This document shows, in pieces, positions 56,076-64,000 of a stretch of DNA of 64,000 nucleotides (its first letter is position 1; each line of letters begins with the position of its first letter). The notes beneath the pieces are model-generated. The model saw only the letters and a program-made list of their open reading frames with translations. It ran no database searches and was not told the origin of the DNA. A program made the position numbers and the translations under genes. The stretch lies in IMG/VR virus record IMGVR_UViG_3300008116_000018, one strand, 5' to 3'. This DNA comes from a virus.

Positions 56076-56962
56076 CAGGAAATAATAATGTCAATGCAAT
56101 TCAGACTATGTATGAGACAATCGATTATCATGCTGTGCCTGACGCATATAAAACAATCGCATATGGATTATTGAGAGTAGCATTCAATGCAACTAAGTCA
56201 TCAGAAGCTGTTACTAAGATTTCATCTCCATATGATTTCATTTATATGAAAACGCAGTTTGATAGAATATCAATGCTTGTTGGTAAAGGTGCTCCAAGTC
56301 TCTCATCACTTACAGCCGATAGTGCGACTGAGGTATTGAGTTGGCCTGCGGCTGCTGAAGGCACAAATTTGAATCGCATTGCACAAGATATTATTAATTG
56401 GGTTAGAGATGAATTCAAGAAAGTTGCAAAAGACGAAAACTTAGATAAGCTAGATAAAGCCGCTAGTGCTTTAGGTTCATACTCATTAGATGAAATTAGT
56501 CGTGGACTTATTCCCGATTTGAAGAAAGGTAAATACGCACTTGATACCTCTGTAGAAAAAGGAATATATGCAAATAACGTTGGTCCCCGCAAGAGAATTA
56601 AAATTAAAGAGGGTGAAGCGGGTGGTGTTGCTATGGTCTATAGTTTGAAAGAGGGTAAATTTATTGAGAGTAAATTTCCTGGCGCAATATTAATCGATAC
56701 TGCTGGAAGACCTGTCTACGATATTGAAGGAACATCAGTCGGTTTAACTGTTGATGATTTTGTTAGTGCTTCTGTTGCTGGTGCTAACAGACAAGCAAAC
56801 ATATTGCCTGATACTCCAGCAAGCACTTCTGGTGGCACTGGATCAACTGTTGTTACGACAGTCACAGGCCCTAAAGTCGATAACTCTGCTGTCACAAATT
56901 ATTATAACAGCCTTAGTACTGTTGTTGATCCTATTAGAGGAGCAACTTCGAACGTGACATAA
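56000..56962 (+). CDS. Probable out-of-frame C-terminal part of the tape measure protein
   Basis: Overlaps the previous ORF in the -1 frame; implausible N-terminus; ends in a typical VDNS.VTN tail. Confidence 0.6.
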   Translation: MDSAGCCCGSSPPPKEPKFHAAIYITGNNNVNAIQTMYETIDYHAVPDAYKTIAYGLLRVAFNATKSSEAVTKISSPYDFIYMKTQFDRISMLVGKGAPSLSSLTADSATEVLSWPAAAEGTNLNRIAQDIINWVRDEFKKVAKDENLDKLDKAASALGSYSLDEISRGLIPDLKKGKYALDTSVEKGIYANNVGPRKRIKIKEGEAGGVAMVYSLKEGKFIESKFPGAILIDTAGRPVYDIEGTSVGLTVDDFVSASVAGANRQANILPDTPASTSGGTGSTVVTTVTGPKVDNSAVTNYYNSLSTVVDPIRGATSNVT

Positions 56963-56991
56963 AAAAAGGGGAAGCATTTTACTGCTTCCCC
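56961..56991 (-). terminator. Intrinsic terminator after gp32
   Basis: GGGGAAGCA-loop-TGCTTCCCC hairpin with a U7 tail on the minus strand, between convergent genes. Confidence 0.8.
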
Positions 56992-57017
56992 AAAGTCACA
57001 AAGGAGATTACGAAATA

Positions 57018-57935
57018 TTAATCTTCAGCCAACTTCTCAAAATAACTCAAATCTTCATCGTCATCATCAACTGAGTCTGCAACTGTAGGTTTCTTAGCAG
57101 GTGCTGGCGCAGGTTTTGCTGTTGAAGCAGTAACTGGCACATTAGGTTTAGTAGAGTAATAATTATCTCCAGCAGAACCATCTTCAAGACCAAGCACTTT
57201 GTTCAAACGTGCTTTCAATTCGTCATAAGACTTGAAGTTCTTTTCGCTTAAGAATTCAGACAAACTGTGTTCTTGTTTCCAGATGCGTTCCAAGTCATCT
57301 TCATCACCAGACAATGGCGCTGGTGATTCAAATTCAGACTTATCATAGTTCTGATAACCTTCAACTTTACGAATCTTCAACTTGAAGTTCGCACCTTCCC
57401 AAAGGTCGAATGGGTTGACAGGAGTTTCATCTTCAAACTCAGGATTCATCAAGTCATTCAACTTGTCAAAAATCTTCTTACCGAATTTGAACAATTTAAC
57501 TGTTCCGTCATTATCAGGATTTGCAGGATCCTTGATAACATAGATGTTTGCGATATACTGCAACTTACGCTTTTGCTTACGTGCAATATCTTTGTTAGCA
57601 TCAGAACCAGAGTTCCAAAGGATGCTATTGTGTTCAGACACAGGGTCTTTCTTGTTGAGTGTAGTCAACGAATTTTCAATGTACCATCCACCAGGACCTT
57701 GGAATGAATGATTGAAAACTTGAACCCAAGGTACATCTTCGCCTGAGGGTGCGGGAAGAAAACGGATCGTTGCGAAACCGTTACCTGCTTTGTCTACTGT
57801 GGGTTTCCAGAATCGGGTGTCTTCATAAGACTTCTTACCTTCTTCTTTATTTGTGAGTTTGGAAACTGCGTCTGTGAGTTTTTCCAAATCTTTGGTGCGT
57901 GACTTTTTCATGTCTGCAAATGATGCTGATGCCAT
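57018..57935 (-). CDS. gp32: Single-stranded DNA-binding protein
   Basis: D.RFWKP..DK.GNG.A.IRFLP, H.FQGPGGWYIENSLTT, FGKKIFDK, NYDKSEF, acidic tail. Confidence 0.98.
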   Translation of the reverse strand: MASASFADMKKSRTKDLEKLTDAVSKLTNKEEGKKSYEDTRFWKPTVDKAGNGFATIRFLPAPSGEDVPWVQVFNHSFQGPGGWYIENSLTTLNKKDPVSEHNSILWNSGSDANKDIARKQKRKLQYIANIYVIKDPANPDNDGTVKLFKFGKKIFDKLNDLMNPEFEDETPVNPFDLWEGANFKLKIRKVEGYQNYDKSEFESPAPLSGDEDDLERIWKQEHSLSEFLSEKNFKSYDELKARLNKVLGLEDGSAGDNYYSTKPNVPVTASTAKPAPAPAKKPTVADSVDDDDEDLSYFEKLAED

Positions 57936-58013
57936 ATTAGTATATTCCTTGTATGTTAAGTATTGAATGTATGTTTTGCTTGTCCACTTTTATCATAATC
58001 TACTATAGTATAT

Positions 58014-58042
58014 AGTCTATCACAATTCTCTTTTTGTGTCAA
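58014..58042 (-). promoter_or_regulatory. Sigma70-type promoter for gp32
   Basis: TTGACA-17-TAGACT. Confidence 0.7.
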
Positions 58043-58080
58043 TAGTCGGCAAACCTTACTAGGTTTACGCATTACTGCCA

Positions 58081-58677
58081 CTACGTCACCACTAACTCTC
58101 TGAGTGACTTTTTCATCCGTGCCGTATCGTAATTTAAAAAGGGCTGGTACTTTTTGCATAACTTGCTTACCTCTTTGTAGATTGGATCATGTATCATTGT
58201 ATCATACCTTTTGACAAATTGCAATAGTGAATTCAATATTGCTAATGTCTCCAGACTGATTTCTTTCCTTAAATATTTCTTTATGATTGGTGGATGATCT
58301 CCACCTTTCGCATTAAAAAATTCATTCAATTCATCTGGCTTCCAACCAGAGATAAAATCCATCTCATTTTTAAATACATACGTCAAAGATTCTTGCCTAC
58401 GTTTCCATTCTTTGTAGCGTTCTTCACACTCTTCAGACAGAAGTTCACCGACCCACATTTTTGTGTCGTACAGAAAATTAGAAACTAAAAATTCTTCTAA
58501 GTAAGCATCTTTACGATTACCGAGTTTAGCAAAAAAGATTTTGTCTTTACGTTTCAAAAAAGAATCGTATGTGACATTGACTTTCTTGTTGTACTTAAAC
58601 CAATCGTAGCTATCTTGCGTGAAGTGATTTTTAACTCCCAAATAAACTTTGTATGCGTCTATAGCATCCATCTTCAT
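58081..58677 (-). CDS. gp59: Helicase loader
   Basis: Y..YL..KNHFT...YD..KY, F.KRKD..FF.KL, HP.I.K.YL...ISLETL. Confidence 0.93.
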   Translation of the reverse strand: MKMDAIDAYKVYLGVKNHFTQDSYDWFKYNKKVNVTYDSFLKRKDKIFFAKLGNRKDAYLEEFLVSNFLYDTKMWVGELLSEECEERYKEWKRRQESLTYVFKNEMDFISGWKPDELNEFFNAKGGDHPPIIKKYLRKEISLETLAILNSLLQFVKRYDTMIHDPIYKEVSKLCKKYQPFLNYDTARMKKSLRELVVT

Positions 58678-58916
58678 CAGTCTTCGACCTCAATAGGTAA
58701 TCTAGCTTTTGGTGCGATCATCTTTAATTTCATTGCTTCGCCTTCAATAGTAGATTTCATGCGAGGTGTAATTAAAGATGCCGCAGTCTCAACTTCAACA
58801 TTTTTGATTGTGCAGTATTCTAAGATAGCATCAATCATTGTGATTGGAAACTTATCACGCTGAATCTGTTTAATTTCTGCTTCAAATTCTTTCTGAGTCA
58901 GAATTTTAAGATTCAT
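58677..58916 (-). CDS. gp33: Late promoter co-activator
   Basis: F...I, .IDAI..YC....EVE.AA.LI...K..IE.EA..L; likely start MNLKIL at 58916. Confidence 0.88.
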   Translation of the reverse strand: MNLKILTQKEFEAEIKQIQRDKFPITMIDAILEYCTIKNVEVETAASLITPRMKSTIEGEAMKLKMIAPKARLPIEVED

Positions 58917-59097
58917 GGAAACGCACCGATGTGATTCGACCATTTCGAAAATGCCCGAATTGTGTTGGAGTAACTGCTGGTTTAGCAGTACGAAACTTAG
59001 GGTTAGTTACATCGGCTTCAGTCGCATAGTAAGACAATGGATAACCATTCTTACGCTGATACGTTTTCATTTCAATTTTTTTCTTCATAATACTCAT
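58906..59097 (-). CDS. Small hypothetical protein
   Basis: 63 aa basic ORF filling the gap, co-oriented. Confidence 0.5.
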   Translation of the reverse strand: MSIMKKKIEMKTYQRKNGYPLSYYATEADVTNPKFRTAKPAVTPTQFGHFRNGRITSVRFHES

Positions 59098-59108
59098 GAT
59101 GTAATTTC

Positions 59109-59615
59109 CTATGGTAAACGATAAAAGATATGTCCTTCGATCTGTGCAACCTTATGCACTTTGTTAATCCAGTCTGGTTTAACGCTTGTTGCATGAAAGT
59201 GTGTTGCACCCTCTAAGAGTTTAATTATATCACTACTGATTGTCTTTGTCAATAGCATTTTAGCCACTTCGTATGATTCTTTCCATCGATTGTTGCTTGG
59301 TGGCGGAGTGTTTGCACTTTTGCTATTGTACCAAGAAAATTGATATGGATCAGTTACTACGTCACGAATGTTTTTTGGATATCTTTTATCATTCAGTCTA
59401 TTCATAGTTACGATGCCGACTGCAATCTTTCCAATGAGTGGTTGATTGCCAGCTTCGTGATAGATGTTCATTGCCATCCAGTAAAGGTCTGATCTACTAG
59501 AATTTTTTGGTGCTGATGATGATTCTGATATTTCTTTCAGTGTTGGCAATGTTGCCGATGCATGTGTAGAACATAAAGTTAATATAAATATTACAGCCGT
59601 TAATAGTGCTTTCAT
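59109..59615 (-). CDS. Cell wall hydrolase, SleB/Hydrolase_2 family, with signal peptide
   Basis: A.NIYHEA, AV..V.MNR, VV....QFSW, GATHFHA..V.P.W, I..HIFY. Confidence 0.92.
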   Translation of the reverse strand: MKALLTAVIFILTLCSTHASATLPTLKEISESSSAPKNSSRSDLYWMAMNIYHEAGNQPLIGKIAVGIVTMNRLNDKRYPKNIRDVVTDPYQFSWYNSKSANTPPPSNNRWKESYEVAKMLLTKTISSDIIKLLEGATHFHATSVKPDWINKVHKVAQIEGHIFYRLP

Positions 59616-59663
59616 ATTTTTTCCTTTCGTTTTTAGCCCACAAGTGTTTAGTGGGTCTTTTAT

Positions 59664-60902
59664 TTAGCACTTAACTAATGTGCTTAATAAATGTGGTCCA
59701 TCCCATGTCTGATTTTCGATTCTGAATTGACCTTTGAAGCCATAAACTTCTTTAGCCCACATCTTTTCATTATCAAAATAGAATGGAAATGTTTGTTCTG
59801 TGATTATATTTACATGTGTCGGATCCCAAAAGGCTGCCGCATGAGGAAATGCAGGAGTCTTAGAATAGAATTTTCCTCCGACTTTTAGTACTCGCCAAAT
59901 CTCACTCATCAATTCTACGAACGGATATCTACGAGTTGGGTTATACATTAATCTAGGAATGTGTTCAATGAAATCGTGTGCAGTCACGTAATCAAAGAAA
60001 TTATCAATGAAGGGAATTGGTTCAATCACTAAATCTGCTCTTGTGATTTTATTCTTCGTGTCATCTCTCACATCAATACCATATAGATGTTTTGCATTGA
60101 ACGGGTTCTTAGGATACTCACCGCATCCTAAATCTAATGAATATGTTTCGTCTGGCTCTTTAGTGTATCGAATAATGTCTTCGCTACAATCAGTCACTTT
60201 AGATAAATCTTTACTCCACAATTCTTTTAGCGTTTGAACAGTCATTACACCATTTGGTCCATGATAGTGGTGACTTCCCCACCCACGAATTCTATCGTGT
60301 TCTGGCACTCTAGTTTGAATCTGTAACCTTCTATCAAGCATACCTTTACTAGCAATACAATTTGCATAATGAAAGATCATCATCTCTTCATTGTTGTATG
60401 ATGGAAAGTGGCGCCCAACATCATACTGCATTGTCTTTACATTGTGCAGACTTCTAGCACGGCGAGCCATGAAGTCAGTCTTATAATGAATGCCTTGTTT
60501 TTTCTGTGCCCATAAAGGTTTAGTTTTATCTAATTCGTCATTAGGATTCCAATCCCAAAATGTGATTGTGGGAATCAAATGTTGTGTGGGACGAATAACA
60601 TCAACTAAGAACTTTTTATAATCACCAACTAAAAATTCTGTGACGTTCAAACAAATACGCCAACCTTCAATCTTGCGTTCATATTCTAACACTTCAACGT
60701 CAACTGCCATAGCATTGAATTCAACATTTTTAGATTGCACAATTTCCCATGTGGGACAAATCTTTTTAATTATTTCAAGAGATCGATCAGTAGATGCATA
60801 GTCGATAATGATACCATGATCGAAAATTTTCTTGTGATGTTCTAGCCACCAAGGTAGAATGTATTCTTCATTAAAAATATGCGAGATTACTGTTGCAGTC
60901 AT
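59664..60902 (-). CDS. GT-A glycosyltransferase fused to a SAM methyltransferase
   Basis: N: FNEE..LP.WL.HH, D..STD; C: LDLGCG, FIEHI, EIWRVLK.GG, DPTH. Confidence 0.85.
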   Translation of the reverse strand: MTATVISHIFNEEYILPWWLEHHKKIFDHGIIIDYASTDRSLEIIKKICPTWEIVQSKNVEFNAMAVDVEVLEYERKIEGWRICLNVTEFLVGDYKKFLVDVIRPTQHLIPTITFWDWNPNDELDKTKPLWAQKKQGIHYKTDFMARRARSLHNVKTMQYDVGRHFPSYNNEEMMIFHYANCIASKGMLDRRLQIQTRVPEHDRIRGWGSHHYHGPNGVMTVQTLKELWSKDLSKVTDCSEDIIRYTKEPDETYSLDLGCGEYPKNPFNAKHLYGIDVRDDTKNKITRADLVIEPIPFIDNFFDYVTAHDFIEHIPRLMYNPTRRYPFVELMSEIWRVLKVGGKFYSKTPAFPHAAAFWDPTHVNIITEQTFPFYFDNEKMWAKEVYGFKGQFRIENQTWDGPHLLSTLVKC

Positions 60903-60915
60903 TATAAATTATTCC

Positions 60916-61599
60916 TCAATTCTCAATTAAACTTGTATCTATCAGTATAGGTACTGTGCTTGTCTTCAATAAGTTCTCAACTGATCCAGGTTTCACATTT
61001 GGATTTCTCAATTGACCAAACTCATAGAATGAACGTCTAGATGATCCAACATGACAAATGCCAGTCTGTTCACTCAAACATTTCTCTGCAATCTTAGGTG
61101 CAACGATATCTATGTATTCTTTAGACGAATACTTATCTGTGAATGCAGTATCAAATGGAAAATCAACATCACAAAATTCTGTTCGTATGACTAAAGACTT
61201 CTCATAAATTAAAGCCGCCATCTCACCAGCAACTTTAGATTTTGCATATCGTGTTAATGGATTAGGCAAATCTGTGTGTTCATAGTTTCCTTTTTGTCCA
61301 TCAAATACGTGTGATGATGATATGAAAACAAATCTAGCATTTTGAGTCATCGCATGTCTCAATGCGTTACATGTGCCTTGAATGTTTGTGTCTATTGTAC
61401 CGAGTGGATCTTTTTCTGCATCAGCAAACTTAGCAATCGCCGCACAATGAATAACCAAATCACATTTAAATGATATGAATGACAACGCATCGGTAACGTC
61501 TAACTCACTACTACTAGGCGCAATGACTTCGTGTTTATAAAAATGTGAAATTAAATTTCTACCAAGAAGTCCTGATCCACCAGTTAATAGTATTTTCAT
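60916..61599 (-). CDS. rmlD: NDP-4-keto-sugar reductase, RmlD-like
   Basis: GGSGLLG, IHCAA, ISS..VFDG.KG.Y, Y..SK..GE. Confidence 0.8.
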   Translation of the reverse strand: MKILLTGGSGLLGRNLISHFYKHEVIAPSSSELDVTDALSFISFKCDLVIHCAAIAKFADAEKDPLGTIDTNIQGTCNALRHAMTQNARFVFISSSHVFDGQKGNYEHTDLPNPLTRYAKSKVAGEMAALIYEKSLVIRTEFCDVDFPFDTAFTDKYSSKEYIDIVAPKIAEKCLSEQTGICHVGSSRRSFYEFGQLRNPNVKPGSVENLLKTSTVPILIDTSLIEN

Positions 61600-62558
61600 T
61601 TGCCTAAAACTTTCTGAAATGTCGTTATGTTAGAATACTCATCACTATCGAAATTATAACTCAATGGATCCATATTGTCAAGTATTTCAGCCAATGAATC
61701 TAGAGGGGTAAACTGTGCAGTGAAACCCAACTCATCTTCAATTTTTTCTGTGGTGACCTTGTAGTTACGAACATCATTGTTTTCATTGATAACTAAGTCA
61801 ACAACATATCCTCTGTTTCTCAACTCTCCATAGATTGCTTCACCCAATTGACCAATAGTCATATTGCCACCAGAGAGATTATAAACACCAGACACATTCA
61901 AGTCTGCTTCTAATGCTTTTTGATATCCTTGAATCACATCACGAATATCTATCAATGGGCGCCAAATCTTTGGATTGTTAACTACAATCTTTTGTGTCGT
62001 GAATGCACTCTTCAACATAGTGTTCACAACTAAGTCATAACGCATCTTTGGTGACCATCCACCAACTGTACCTTTACGGAATATAATTGGTTTAAAGTTA
62101 TCATCTTCTAATGTCTCTAAGCCACGTTCACATTGTAATTTAGAAATACCATATGCATATGCTGGCTTAACTAAACTGCTTTCGTTCAATGTCTTGTTCT
62201 TTGTGAAGCCATATACGCTACATGAACTTGCACACACAAAACGTTTCACTCCAGCTTCTTTAGCAATGAATGCAAGATACATTGGTGCAGAAGAATTCTC
62301 AATGAAGTTTAAGTCTGGTCTGAACATCGCCATTGGATCATTAGACAATCCAGCAAGAAACATAACTGCATCATATGAAGTCAACTCTGCTGGCTTGATA
62401 TCCCAAAGGCTTTTCTTTTCTTTTGAAATGCTTGGGTTCAGTTTATCACCAAACCAAAAGTTGTCAATCACATGTACTTTATATCCCAAATCAAACAAGT
62501 GATTAGAGAGTCGTGTGCCAATGTAGCCTGCACCACCAACAATAAGAATATTTTTCAT
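61596..62558 (-). CDS. NAD-dependent epimerase/dehydratase (extended SDR)
   Basis: GGAGYIG, LA.LSNDP, ASSCSVYG, Y..SK, R.DL.VN. Confidence 0.9.
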   Translation of the reverse strand: MKNILIVGGAGYIGTRLSNHLFDLGYKVHVIDNFWFGDKLNPSISKEKKSLWDIKPAELTSYDAVMFLAGLSNDPMAMFRPDLNFIENSSAPMYLAFIAKEAGVKRFVCASSCSVYGFTKNKTLNESSLVKPAYAYGISKLQCERGLETLEDDNFKPIIFRKGTVGGWSPKMRYDLVVNTMLKSAFTTQKIVVNNPKIWRPLIDIRDVIQGYQKALEADLNVSGVYNLSGGNMTIGQLGEAIYGELRNRGYVVDLVINENNDVRNYKVTTEKIEDELGFTAQFTPLDSLAEILDNMDPLSYNFDSDEYSNITTFQKVLGK

Positions 62559-62560
62559 AA

Positions 62561-63118
62561 TTAGAATTTTGGGTTTAGTTTATAATCTGCGAAAGAACCT
62601 GCGGTTCTGTCTTTGTCTGATAGAATGATATCTTCAATGTTTTCCACAACTTGATCCCAATCAACATTTAAATCTTTGTCGAATGGATTGATTGCGGCTT
62701 CTGCTTTGGGATTGTGTACTGCTGTGCATTTATACATTAGATGTGTATTTTCTTCTAACGCAATGAATGCATGTCCAAAACCAGCTGGCACCCACAATTG
62801 ATTGTTGGTGTCTGGTCCTAGAAATTCTGCATGATACTGTCCATATGTTGCAGAGTCTTTTCGTAAGTCAATGGCAACATCAAGTCCATGCCCATGGCTA
62901 ACACGAACCAATTTGCCCATTGGTTTATTCCATTGAAAATGGATACCCCTTAGAACATATTTTCGTGATGCGGATTGATTGTCTTGAAGAAATTTTACGC
63001 CAAGTGCGTCTTCAACTTCTGGTCTGAATGTTTCAGTAAAGAAACCACGATTGTCTTTATAGACGGGAAGGCTGATGATTTTAACATCAGGAATTTTTGT
63101 CGAATCGATTATTTTCAT
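62561..63118 (-). CDS. rmlC: dTDP-4-dehydrorhamnose 3,5-epimerase
   Basis: D.RGFF.E, QDN.S, LRG.H.Q, KLV, D.R..S.T.G, VP.GF.H.F, YK, S.KD. Confidence 0.93.
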   Translation of the reverse strand: MKIIDSTKIPDVKIISLPVYKDNRGFFTETFRPEVEDALGVKFLQDNQSASRKYVLRGIHFQWNKPMGKLVRVSHGHGLDVAIDLRKDSATYGQYHAEFLGPDTNNQLWVPAGFGHAFIALEENTHLMYKCTAVHNPKAEAAINPFDKDLNVDWDQVVENIEDIILSDKDRTAGSFADYKLNPKF

Positions 63119-63134
63119 TGTTTACTCCATAAAA

Positions 63135-63458
63135 TAGTGACAGGTTATTCTGTTACGAGGAAACCTGTCGAAACCCTAGTCAGCGTTTAGGCTGCCAATG
63201 CGAAACGTGAGTCGTTTGCGTTTACTTTGTTTTCTTCTTTTTACATCGTTGCTGATGTGCTGTCCACTCTGTTACTCTTTGCCCTGTCGAAACTATGCAC
63301 CCCCATCAAAAGCATTCTTAATCTCCAGCATACTTGTGGCGATCAATCCACTTTCAACCTTCTCTGATCCTGCGTCCAGTTTAGAATACTTTTGGTGGAG
63401 GTGGGGGGATTCGCACCCCCGTCCAGAACCTGTTTCTCTTTGCTTCATACAGCAATAC
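63135..63458 (-). ncRNA. ssrA: Circularly permuted (two-piece) tmRNA, tag ANDSRFALAA
   Basis: Acceptor piece ~63458-63393 ending CACCTCC-A-CCA; 88-nt intervening segment; coding piece starts GGGGGTG at 63304 (G3.U70); tag ORF 63219-63187. Outer ends approximate. Confidence 0.92.
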
Positions 63459-63462
63459 TCAT

Positions 63463-63470
63463 TATTTATG
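63463..63470 (-). promoter_or_regulatory. Late promoter CATAAATA for tmRNA
   Basis: One-mismatch consensus ~5 nt upstream of the predicted acceptor-piece 5' end. Confidence 0.6.
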
Positions 63471-63708
63471 TTTTCTGTAAAATCGCATAATCAAAATCAT
63501 CAGTCTCACCAGATTCAATTATAATGCATTTACCACTCTCTTCTAAAACTCTGATATCATTAAGAAACCCATGATCGGTAGCAAGTACCTTAATGATATC
63601 GCCATGCTCTAATCTGTTTAAAGTTTTAATGGTTGATATCATGGGTATCGGACAACAAGTGCCAGATGTATCTATTTCATGTTTAATGTTTTTAATCGAT
63701 GTTGTCAT
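63466..63708 (-). CDS. tusA: TusA/SirA-family sulfur carrier
   Basis: IDTSGTCCPIP...L..GD.I.V.ATD....DI; ATG at 63708 after GAGG (80 aa). Confidence 0.8.
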   Translation of the reverse strand: MTTSIKNIKHEIDTSGTCCPIPMISTIKTLNRLEHGDIIKVLATDHGFLNDIRVLEESGKCIIIESGETDDFDYAILQKT

Positions 63709-64000
63709 ATGCCTCACGATAAGAAATAAAATCTTTGATGTAGTCATTACGTTTCTTAATGAACACTTGTGGATGTTCAGAATCAACAGCAATCATAATT
63801 ACAATTTGTGATACAGGTATTCCAGTCCTCTCTTCATACATCACTGCATACGCAGAGCATTGCATAAAGTATCCTTTAATCCAACCCTCTTCTTTTAACT
63901 TGCTTGAAGTCTTAAAGTCGATGATGGATAACTTGCCATCATATTCTGCAATACAGTCAACTCTACCCGCAACTCTCAGGTGATGGGAATACAAAGGAAT
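63692..64000 (-). CDS. PD-(D/E)xK exonuclease (3' part)
   Basis: AGRVDCI, IIDFKTS, YF.Q..AYA.M..E. Confidence 0.88.
   Translation of the reverse strand: MPLYSHHLRVAGRVDCIAEYDGKLSIIDFKTSSKLKEEGWIKGYFMQCSAYAVMYEERTGIPVSQIVIMIAVDSEHPQVFIKKRNDYIKDFISYREAYDNID

Noticed and set aside
63305-63392. Ribozyme or small ORF in the tmRNA spacer
   Set aside because: No hammerhead CUGANGA core; the open frame lacks a credible start and RBS
63393-63425. Stand-alone tRNA
   Set aside because: Only T-arm and acceptor 3' strand, no anticodon arm; explained by the permuted tmRNA
1-64000. Alternative genetic code
   Set aside because: Core genes are full length in the standard code; TAA, TGA and TAG all occur at expected ends; the breaks seen are frame changes
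63692-64000. Cas4/CRISPR system
   Set aside because: Ordinary T4-like PD-(D/E)xK nuclease fragment with no Fe-S cysteine cluster in the visible part and no array or other cas genes

Overview
This is a 64-kb AT-rich segment of a large T4-like myophage with cyanophage/freshwater-type gene order. It has no tRNAs, CRISPR arrays, integrase or RT. It runs from gp46/47/55/uvsW through the head, tail, packaging and neck genes (gp3, 23, 22, 21, 68/67-like, 20, two gp19 paralogues, 18, 17, 16, 15, 14, 13). An accessory island follows, then the baseplate and tail-assembly genes (VrlC-like, gp8, 7, 6, 25, mini-gp5, 27-like, 53, 48, 4, 2, 54-like, 26/51, tape measure), gp32/59/33, an NDP-sugar cassette and a PD-(D/E)xK nuclease. 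The host is plausibly proteobacterial: the tmRNA tag ANDSRFALAA is beta-proteobacterial in style. Main points of interest: (1) three fibre-like proteins of ~10% Cys sit directly upstream of a sigma70-driven GT9-like transferase + carbamoyltransferase + cupin + two 2OG-Fe(II) oxygenases + GmhB cassette, a candidate virion-fibre modification system; (2) a complete circularly permuted (two-piece) tmRNA under a late promoter, next to a TusA-like gene; (3) a candidate -1 programmed frameshift (T TTT TTC) fusing gp26 to gp51 upstream of the tape measure gene, like lambda G/GT; (4) three mutually exclusive hairpins in the portal leader; (5) a twice-occurring double-TTGACA antisense promoter element; (6) two frame breaks, an internal uvsY deletion and a split tape measure gene. 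All family calls come from motif recognition and synteny by eye; no searches were run.
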